From NCBI GenBank assembly GCA_963602685.1, contig CAVCJG010000001.1, positions 122,683 through 186,682 of the forward strand: a stretch of 64,000 bases of DNA, given 5' to 3'. Each line of letters opens with the position of its first letter. The first letter of the stretch is position 1. This DNA comes from Eggerthellaceae bacterium (lineage in GTDB: Bacteria; Bacillota; Clostridia; Christensenellales; UBA1242). Shown here piece by piece: positions 1-6,584 of the stretch. The notes below the pieces were generated by a model. That model was not told where the DNA came from and made no database searches. It was given only the letters and a program-made list of their open reading frames with translations. The position numbers and the translations under genes are program-made.

Positions 1-1124
1 AAAATGCTTGCCGTGAGTTTGCAAGAAAAATGTATGGCGACAAATTTGTTCCAGAAAAGCCAAACATTTATGCCGCAAAAGCATCGGCTCAAGACGCGCA
101 CGAAGCCATCAGACCTATCAACATGAATGTTACACCTGAAAAAGTGAAATCTTCGCTTTCTCCAGACAACTATAAACTTTACAAACTCATCTACGAGCGT
201 TTTCTTGCCAGCCAAATGAGCGAAGCGATTTATTCAAATGTCACCGCAACGCTGTCAAGCAATGGCTATGAATTTAAAGCAGTTGGCAAAACTCAAGAGT
301 TTGCAGGTTATACGGCTGCTTATAAAGAATATGAAGGCGACGAAAAACAAGAAATTTCACGTCTTCCAATTTTAGAAGAAAACGAAAAACTAAACGCAGA
401 CGAAATCAAAACTGAACAAAAATTTACAAAGCCACCTGCACGCTACACCGAAGCGACTCTTGTTAAAGCGATGGAAGAAAAGGGGATTGGAAGACCTGCA
501 ACTTATGCGGCAACAATCATGGTTATTACGTCGCGTGAATACGTTTCAAAAGACGGAAAATATCTTGTGCCAACCGAACTTGGCAGAAAAGTAACCGAAT
601 ATCTTGAAAAGTTTTTCAGTTCGGTTATCAACGTAAAATTCACCGCTTATATGGAAAACCGACTCGACGACATCGCATCCAATAACGATGATTGGCATGT
701 TGTTGTAAACAACTTCTGGGACGGCTTTTCAAAACTGCTTTCAAAGTCTGACGCGTCAGGATTTTCACTTCGCGCAGAACCTGTTGAAACGGATATTGTG
801 TGCGATAAATGCGGACACAAAATGCTGCTTAGAGAAGGCAAGTTTGGCAAATTTTTGGGCTGCTCAAACTTTCCAAAATGCAAAAATATCATGCCTTATG
901 AAGAGCACAAAAAAGTGGTCGGAAAATGTCCTGACTGCGGCGGGGATATGGTGGAACGCAAATCGAAAAAAGGCAAAACCTTCTTTTCATGTTCAAACTA
1001 TCCAACCTGCAAATTTATGAGTTGGAATCCAACAACAGGCGCTCGTTGTCCAAAGTGCAACGCTCCGCTTATAATCAAATATAAAAAAGTCGTATGCTCA
1101 GAGTGCGACTATAAAGAGCAATGA
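1..1124 (+). CDS. topA: DNA topoisomerase I, C-terminal part (5' end outside window)
   Basis: The frame is open from the window edge. The sequence ..AQDAHEAIRP.. is typical of the type IA topoisomerase core. It is followed by three C4 zinc-ribbon motifs (CDKCGH..CSNFPKC, CPDCGG..CSNYPTC, CPKCNA..CSEC). The order topA, trmFO-like, hslVU matches Bacillus. Confidence 0.9.
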   Translation, partial: NACREFARKMYGDKFVPEKPNIYAAKASAQDAHEAIRPINMNVTPEKVKSSLSPDNYKLYKLIYERFLASQMSEAIYSNVTATLSSNGYEFKAVGKTQEFAGYTAAYKEYEGDEKQEISRLPILEENEKLNADEIKTEQKFTKPPARYTEATLVKAMEEKGIGRPATYAATIMVITSREYVSKDGKYLVPTELGRKVTEYLEKFFSSVINVKFTAYMENRLDDIASNNDDWHVVVNNFWDGFSKLLSKSDASGFSLRAEPVETDIVCDKCGHKMLLREGKFGKFLGCSNFPKCKNIMPYEEHKKVVGKCPDCGGDMVERKSKKGKTFFSCSNYPTCKFMSWNPTTGARCPKCNAPLIIKYKKVVCSECDYKEQ

Positions 1125-2245
1125 GAAATATAGTAAATATAATTGGTGGGGGATTTGCTGGAGCAGAGGCAGCGCTTACACTCGCAAACTTTGGAGTGGA
1201 AGTGCATCTTTTTGACGAGCATTCTCCGCTTGAGAGTTTGACTTATGAAAAAGCGATAAGTCAAACTTTTTTAAACGAACTTTCAGCGCTAGGGGCAGAA
1301 AGCGAACTTAGCAATAATTTAACGATTTTGAGGCAAAAAACGCTTCAAAAACTGCAAATTAACGATAAAATCAAGATTTTTAACGAAAAAGTGGGTGTAT
1401 TTTCACTTTATGAGCCAACAATTATTGCGTCCGGAACTAACACTGCAAGCCAACTTTTCAATCAAATTTCTCACATCGTTGGCGCGCATAATTGCAAAAG
1501 ACACAGTTTTTCACCGCTGATTTTAGAAGGAAAAATTGAAGGAATAGAAGACGAAAATTACGTCTATGTTTCTGTTCCGCAAGAGTCGCTATCGCAAATT
1601 TGTGCCTATTTAAAACAATTTCAATCGGCGCATGAGAGCATCGAAAATTGGGCTGCAAGCGGATTGCAACTGCTAAAAGCAAAGGCATTCAAACCTGTTT
1701 TTGTGGCAGGAAAAATTATTCCGAATTGTTTAAAATTTCACAAGCACAACAAAAAATTTGTGCTGCACAATGCGCAAACATTTTTAAATGAAACTCAACA
1801 AGCGCAACTTATTTCGTTTATTCCAGCACTACAAAACGCAACCATATCAAGTTTTGTCGAAGCAATTTCTTGCACGCGAATTCTTCCAATTTGCGTCAAT
1901 AATTATTTGCAGTGCACGCGCAATGAAAACATCTATTTTGCCGGCGCTGTGTTGGGCTTTGACGGCGAACTTGAAGCAATCGCATCGGGGCATTTGGCGG
2001 CAATAAATTTGGCTTGTAAAATGTTTGGACTTAAAGAAATGAATTATCCAAACGACACTTTATGTCAAAAATTATGTCAGCGGTTGTTTTCATCACCGCA
2101 TTCTTCTAGTCAAATGTTTAGAGTTTGTGATATAATTGAAAATGAAAACAGTCAAAAGGCAGAAAGCAGCCTTGAAAAATTTAAGGAGGAAATCAATGCA
2201 AGAATTTCATGGCACAACAATTTGTGCAGTCAAAAAAGATGGTAA
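1121..2245 (+). CDS. TrmFO/Gid-like FAD-binding protein, divergent and short (374 aa)
   Basis: The N-terminal [14 protein letters not shown] dinucleotide-binding motif, [12 protein letters not shown] and C-terminal [20 protein letters not shown] resemble TrmFO. The gene sits in the syntenic slot between topA and hslV, and its ATG overlaps the topA TGA stop (ATGA). The central catalytic region is not recognisable. Confidence 0.55.
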   Translation: MRNIVNIIGGGFAGAEAALTLANFGVEVHLFDEHSPLESLTYEKAISQTFLNELSALGAESELSNNLTILRQKTLQKLQINDKIKIFNEKVGVFSLYEPTIIASGTNTASQLFNQISHIVGAHNCKRHSFSPLILEGKIEGIEDENYVYVSVPQESLSQICAYLKQFQSAHESIENWAASGLQLLKAKAFKPVFVAGKIIPNCLKFHKHNKKFVLHNAQTFLNETQQAQLISFIPALQNATISSFVEAISCTRILPICVNNYLQCTRNENIYFAGAVLGFDGELEAIASGHLAAINLACKMFGLKEMNYPNDTLCQKLCQRLFSSPHSSSQMFRVCDIIENENSQKAESSLEKFKEEINARISWHNNLCSQKRW

Positions 2246-2732
2246 ATTGGCAATCGCAGGTGATGGACAAGTCACAATGCAAAACTCAGTAATTTTTAAA
2301 AGCAACGCAAAAAAAGTGCGCCGCATTTTCAACGATAAAGTAGTTGTTGGATTTGCCGGAACAGTTGCCGACGCATTTTCGCTTACTGAAAAATTTGAAG
2401 AAATGCTCAACAAGTATTCGGGAAACTTGATGCGCAGTTCAGTTGCTTTGGCATCACTTTGGAGAGATGACAAAGTCGCTCGCAAACTTGACGCTATGAT
2501 GATCGTTGCCGACAAAGACACACTTTTAATCTTAGACGGAATGGGCGATGTTATCGAGCCTCAAGATGACGTTTGTGCAATCGGCTCAGGCGGGAACTAT
2601 GCTCTCGCCGCAGCAAAAGCGCTCAAACAAAATACCGACCTTTCAGCCAAAGAAATCGCTTATCGCGCTTTAAAAATTGCAAGTGAAATTTGCGTATACA
2701 CAAACGAAAACATAATTGTTGAAGAGTTATAA
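2196..2732 (+). CDS. hslV: ATP-dependent protease subunit HslV
   Basis: The start [17 protein letters not shown].. carries the N-terminal Thr-protease signature (HGTT). AAGGAGG lies 6 nt upstream of the ATG at 2196. The longer track ORF starting at 2136 has no RBS. Confidence 0.9.
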   Translation: MQEFHGTTICAVKKDGKLAIAGDGQVTMQNSVIFKSNAKKVRRIFNDKVVVGFAGTVADAFSLTEKFEEMLNKYSGNLMRSSVALASLWRDDKVARKLDAMMIVADKDTLLILDGMGDVIEPQDDVCAIGSGGNYALAAAKALKQNTDLSAKEIAYRALKIASEICVYTNENIIVEEL

Positions 2733-2741
2733 GGAGAAAAT

Positions 2742-4034
2742 ATGCAACAAACACCAAAACAAATAGTTCAAGAACTTGATAAATACATTATTGGACAAGC
2801 AAAAGCAAAGCGTGCTGTCGCAATCGCACTTAGAAACAGATATCGTCGCAGCAAACTTCCAAAAGAACTTCGCGAAGAAATCACGCCTAAAAACATCATA
2901 ATGCGCGGGCCAACAGGGGTGGGCAAAACCGAAATTGCAAGACGCCTTGCAAAACTTGTCAAAGCACCTTTCATCAAAATTGAAGCAACAAAATACACTG
3001 AAGTTGGTTATGTGGGCAGAGATGTCGAAAGCATGGTTCGTGATCTTGTCGAAGTTTCTGTGCGCATGGTGAAAGATGAAAAGCAACACGAAGTTGAAAA
3101 CAAAGTTATTCCAATCGTCACATCAAAACTTGTTGATGCAATCGCAGCGTCAAGAGTAAACACTTCTCTTCCAATCGACAAAGCGCAAATAAAAGCCGAC
3201 CTTGAAAGCGGAAAACTTGAAAGCGAACTTGTTGACGTTTCAGTCGAAGAAGCACCAAAGCCAATCATGTCACTTGGTGGACCTGAAATTTCACTTGGTT
3301 CTATGTTTGACGGCTTGCTTCCACAACGTCGCAAAAACAAACGTATGCCAGTTAAGAACGCTCGCGAAGCGCTTATGAGCGAAGAGAGCGAAAAACTCAT
3401 CGACCTTGACAACGTTAATTCCGAAGCAATTCGCCGCGCCGAAGAAGAAGGAATTATTTTCATCGACGAAATGGACAAAATTATAGGCGTTGCCAACAAC
3501 ACATCGCAAGACGTTTCGCGTGAAGGGGTGCAAAGAGACATTCTTCCAATCGTCGAAGGTTGCACGGTCGCAACAAAATATGGCAATGTTAAAACTGACT
3601 TTATTTTGTTTATCGCATCAGGCGCTTTCCACGTTTCAAAAATCGAAGACATGATTCCAGAACTTCAAGGCCGCTTCCCAATCAGAGTCGACCTTGACAG
3701 CCTGACCGAAAAAGATTTCAAGCGCATTCTTTCGCAACCAAAAAATGCTATCACTTTGCAATATGCTTCACTTTTGAAAGTGGACAACATCAATCTTTCG
3801 TTTACAGACGATGCTCTTGATGAAATCGCAGCCATGGCAGCAACCGAAAACGAAACAAGCGAAAACATTGGCGCGCGCCGCCTTCACACAATTATGGAAC
3901 TCTTGCTAGAAGACATTTCGTTTAATGCAAGCGGCGATCATCCTATGCTTGATGTTGTAATTGACAAAGCGTATGTTCAAAACGCATTTAAAGAAACAAA
4001 ACGCAAATTTGACCTTAAAAAATACGTTTTATAA
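2742..4034 (+). CDS. hslU: ATP-dependent protease ATPase subunit HslU
   Basis: TPKQIVQELDKYIIGQ, Walker A GPTGVGKTEIARRLA and IIFIDEMDKI motifs are present. The RBS is AAGGAGAAAA and the gene lies directly after hslV. Confidence 0.95.
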   Translation: MQQTPKQIVQELDKYIIGQAKAKRAVAIALRNRYRRSKLPKELREEITPKNIIMRGPTGVGKTEIARRLAKLVKAPFIKIEATKYTEVGYVGRDVESMVRDLVEVSVRMVKDEKQHEVENKVIPIVTSKLVDAIAASRVNTSLPIDKAQIKADLESGKLESELVDVSVEEAPKPIMSLGGPEISLGSMFDGLLPQRRKNKRMPVKNAREALMSEESEKLIDLDNVNSEAIRRAEEEGIIFIDEMDKIIGVANNTSQDVSREGVQRDILPIVEGCTVATKYGNVKTDFILFIASGAFHVSKIEDMIPELQGRFPIRVDLDSLTEKDFKRILSQPKNAITLQYASLLKVDNINLSFTDDALDEIAAMAATENETSENIGARRLHTIMELLLEDISFNASGDHPMLDVVIDKAYVQNAFKETKRKFDLKKYVL

Positions 4035-4063
4035 TAAAAAAGTAATAAAAAAAGGAGAAAATC

Positions 4064-4372
4064 ATGAAAATTATCAAACAAAATGAATTTGAAAATGAAG
4101 TTAAACAAGGCGTCACCGTCGTTGACTTTTTTGCAACTTGGTGCGGACCATGCCGCGCTATGGGCATGATTTTAGAAGAAGTTCAAGAAAACAATCCTGA
4201 CTTTCACATCATCAAAGTTGATGTTGACGAATGCGAAAATCTTGCTCGCAAATTTGGCATTCTTTCAATCCCAACAATCATCATTATGCAAGACGGAAAA
4301 ATGATGGAAAAACACGTTGGACTTATGGAAGGCGAAGACCTTGAAAATCTCGTAAAGTCGTATCTTAACTAA
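4064..4372 (+). CDS. trxA: thioredoxin
   Basis: 102 aa with the WCGPC active site; RBS AAAGGAGAAAA. Confidence 0.9.
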   Translation: MKIIKQNEFENEVKQGVTVVDFFATWCGPCRAMGMILEEVQENNPDFHIIKVDVDECENLARKFGILSIPTIIIMQDGKMMEKHVGLMEGEDLENLVKSYLN

Positions 4373-4452
4373 AAAGATACGATTTTTTTTGTTTTGAGTG
4401 TTTTTTAAGGCTAATTATTGTCAAAAATTGAATGAAAATTTAATTTTTTATA

Positions 4453-4481
4453 TTGACTTAAAATGATTAAAGTGATAAAAT
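4453..4481 (+). promoter_or_regulatory. sigma-A-type promoter for nifS-iscU
   Basis: TTGACT (4453-4458), a 17-nt spacer, then TAAAAT (4476-4481). This predicts a leader of about 110 nt before the GTG at 4596. Confidence 0.5.
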
Positions 4482-4595
4482 ATTGCTGTAAAAGTTAAGT
4501 CTCGATAGGCTGACTTTTCACAATTTTTACTATCTGCTTATCTTTGGCAGCGGCTGACCAAGACAAGCGGAAATGATAAAAAAGGAGAAACAATA

Positions 4596-5771
4596 GTGTC
4601 AAGAAAAGTTTATTTGGACAATGCGGCAACAACATATGTTTCAACCGAAGTTCTCAATGAAATGATGCCATGCTTCAACGTTATTTACGGCAACCCAAGT
4701 TCAATTCACGGATTTGGAAGAGAAGCAGCAGCAATCGTTGACCGCGCAAGAGACAGAGTTGCAAACGCAATCAACGCCAAAAACTCAAACGAAATATACT
4801 TTACTGCAGGCGGATCAGAGGCAGACAACTGGGCAATCAAAGGTCTTGCACATGCCTATGCAAACAAGGGCAAACACATCATCACATCAGCAATCGAACA
4901 TCATGCTATATTGGATGCTTGTGCGGCACTTGAAAAAGAAGGCTTTGAAATCACCTATCTTCCAGTTGACAAATATGGTCTTGTAAGCGTTGCAGAACTG
5001 ATGCATGCAATCAGAAAGGATACAATTTTGATTTCAATCATGGCTGTAAACAACGAAGTAGGAACGATTCAAAACATCAAAACAATCGCAAAAACAGCGC
5101 ACGAAAACGGAATCATCTTCCACACTGATGCAGTTCAAGCAATCGGGGCAGTAAAGATTGATGTTCAAGACATGGAAATCGATGCATTAAGCATGTCTGC
5201 ACACAAGATTTACGGACCAAAAGGCGCTGGTGCTTTATATCTTAAAAATGGCATCAGAATCGAAAGCCTTATAAGTGGCGGAAATCAAGAACGCGGAAAA
5301 CGTGGCGGGACACTCAACGTTCCAGCAATCGCCGGCTTTGGCAAAGCGATTGAAATCGCAGTTCGCGACCTTGCAATCAACCAACAAAAACTCCGTTCAA
5401 TCAGAGAATACTTCCTTTCAAAAGTGAAAGAAAACATTGAATACATCCATGTAAACGGACATCCACACCAAAAAATTCAAGGAACAGTAAGCATTTCATT
5501 TGAAATGGTAGAAGGCGAAAGCATTTTAATGCTCTGCGACCTTGAAGGTGTTGCAGTGTCAACATCATCAGCATGCACATCAAACTCTCTTCAACCATCG
5601 CACGTTTTAAGAGCAATGGGCATTGAAGACGAAATTGCTCAAGGCACAATCAGATTCTCATTTGGCAAAAACATTTCAAAAGCCGATGTAGACTATGCGG
5701 TAGAAGTTTTAGCAAACGCAGTTAAAAAACTCAGAGCAATTTCACCAATCACAAAAGCAGGAAGGAGGTAA
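4596..5771 (+). CDS. nifS: cysteine desulfurase (NifS/IscS class V aminotransferase)
   Basis: VYLDNAATT at the N-terminus, the SAHKIYGPKG pyridoxal-Lys motif and the active-site loop SSACTS are present. GTG start with RBS AAAGGAGAAA; followed by iscU. Confidence 0.85.
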   Translation: MSRKVYLDNAATTYVSTEVLNEMMPCFNVIYGNPSSIHGFGREAAAIVDRARDRVANAINAKNSNEIYFTAGGSEADNWAIKGLAHAYANKGKHIITSAIEHHAILDACAALEKEGFEITYLPVDKYGLVSVAELMHAIRKDTILISIMAVNNEVGTIQNIKTIAKTAHENGIIFHTDAVQAIGAVKIDVQDMEIDALSMSAHKIYGPKGAGALYLKNGIRIESLISGGNQERGKRGGTLNVPAIAGFGKAIEIAVRDLAINQQKLRSIREYFLSKVKENIEYIHVNGHPHQKIQGTVSISFEMVEGESILMLCDLEGVAVSTSSACTSNSLQPSHVLRAMGIEDEIAQGTIRFSFGKNISKADVDYAVEVLANAVKKLRAISPITKAGRR

Positions 5772-5773
5772 AT

Positions 5774-6178
5774 ATGTATAACAAAAAAGTTTTATCAATT
5801 TTCCAAAACCCAAAAAATGCTGGTGGCATGAAAGGTGCCAACGGAATCGGCAAAGTAGGGAATGCTGCTTGCGGTGACATTATGAAAATCTATCTTCTTA
5901 TTGAAGACGGTATAATTAAAGATGCAAAATTCAAAACATTTGGATGCTGCGCAGCGATTGCATCAACAGATGTAGCTTGTGACCTTATCAAAGGCATGAC
6001 AATCGAAGATGCACTCAAAGTGACAAACAAACAAGTATTTGACATCTTAGGGGATTTGCCACCACACAAAATTCATTGCTCAGTTTTGGCTGAAGAAGCA
6101 ATCAAAGCAGCAGTTGATGACTATTATAAACGTCTTGAAAAAGCGGAAAAGAAAAACGCAGAAAACGACGAAGACTAA
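5774..6178 (+). CDS. iscU: Fe-S cluster assembly scaffold IscU/NifU N-terminal type
   Basis: NPKNAG.., GNAACGD, FKTFGCCAAIAS and PPHKIHCS conserved Cys motifs; RBS GGAAGGAGG. Confidence 0.85.
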   Translation: MYNKKVLSIFQNPKNAGGMKGANGIGKVGNAACGDIMKIYLLIEDGIIKDAKFKTFGCCAAIASTDVACDLIKGMTIEDALKVTNKQVFDILGDLPPHKIHCSVLAEEAIKAAVDDYYKRLEKAEKKNAENDED

Positions 6179-6190
6179 AACTGTAAGCTC

Positions 6191-6218
6191 AAAAAACACG
6201 CATTCGCGTGTTTTTTTT
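6191..6218 (+). terminator. rho-independent terminator after iscU
   Basis: Stem acacgc/gcgtgt with loop attc, followed by T8. Confidence 0.8.
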
Positions 6219-6237
6219 ATTTTAAACCAACCGTAAT

Positions 6238-6338
6238 GCACACGCAGTGTGCCATCATGCACGCATCAGCGTGCCATCCTGCATGCGCAAGCATGCCATA
6301 ATGTCACCAAAGGTGACTATCATGCTGACGCAGTCAGC
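6238..6338. repeat. array A of 5 tandem short GC-rich hairpins with CATCAT-like linkers
   Basis: The units start at 6238, 6259, 6281, 6303 and 6324. Each has a perfect 6-bp stem and a 3-4 nt loop. The linkers are CATCAT, CATCCT, CATAAT, TATCAT and CAATTT. Confidence 0.85.
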
Positions 6339-6423
6339 CAATTTGTCCACATAGGAATGATATGAAAGCACCCAAAAAATCCTGCGTCAAGCCCAAATTG
6401 TGACGGAATGTATGCAAAAACGC

Positions 6424-6452
6424 TTGACGTTTTTTTTTTTTTTCACTAGAAT
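6424..6452 (+). promoter_or_regulatory. promoter of giant surface protein gene A with a T14 tract in the spacer
   Basis: TTGACG (6424-6429), a 17-nt spacer made of T14 (6430-6443) plus cac, then TAGAAT (6447-6452). The flanks are conserved with locus B. Confidence 0.6.
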
Positions 6453-6584
6453 TAAGTTATAAAGATATCCACAAAAACTTAAAAAATAAATATTTATAAT
6501 ATTTAACAAACCTAAAACAATCAAATTTTGTCGAAAAACATTAGGTAATTTTGTCGAAAATGAGTAGAATATATAAAGGGAAAA

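Noticed and set aside
2136-2195. Longer hslV start at 2136
   Set aside because: The extension ([20 protein letters not shown]) lies inside the upstream gene and has no RBS. The ATG at 2196 has AAGGAGG and gives the canonical HslV N-terminus.
3008-3652. Antisense or alternative-frame ORFs inside long genes. Examples: 3008..3652 (-), 7195..7614 (+), 22733..23134 (-), 36315..36878 (+), 47653..48054 (-), 51413..51793 (-), 32390..32749 (-)
   Set aside because: All lie fully inside well-supported genes on the other strand or frame. They lack RBSs and have low-complexity or Ser/Leu/Cys-rich translations typical of shadow ORFs.
6255-6302. Small Cys/His-rich peptides readable through the arrays (for example MHASACHPACASMP in A, and a 25-aa ORF from 39017 in B)
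   Set aside because: There is no RBS. The unit period is 21-22 nt, so the reading frame is not maintained between units or between loci. The Cys/His codons are a by-product of the GC-rich stems and the CAT linkers.
6238-6338. Hairpin arrays (here and at 38999-39124) as CRISPR arrays
   Set aside because: The constant part is only a 6-nt linker and the variable parts are themselves palindromes of 15-22 nt. There are no 25-40 nt repeats, no spacers of phage-like length and no cas genes in the window.
6238-6338. Hairpin arrays as REP/BIME-type repeats or MITEs
   Set aside because: REP elements share one consensus palindrome, whereas here each stem has a different sequence. No terminal inverted repeats, target-site duplications or RAYT/transposase gene are visible. 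This cannot be fully excluded without a genome-wide repeat census.
6343-6473. DnaA-box-like motifs plus AT-rich DNA as a replication origin
   Set aside because: The same arrangement occurs twice, 33 kb apart. Each copy is tied to an adhesin promoter. No dnaA or dnaN gene and no cluster of several consensus boxes is present.
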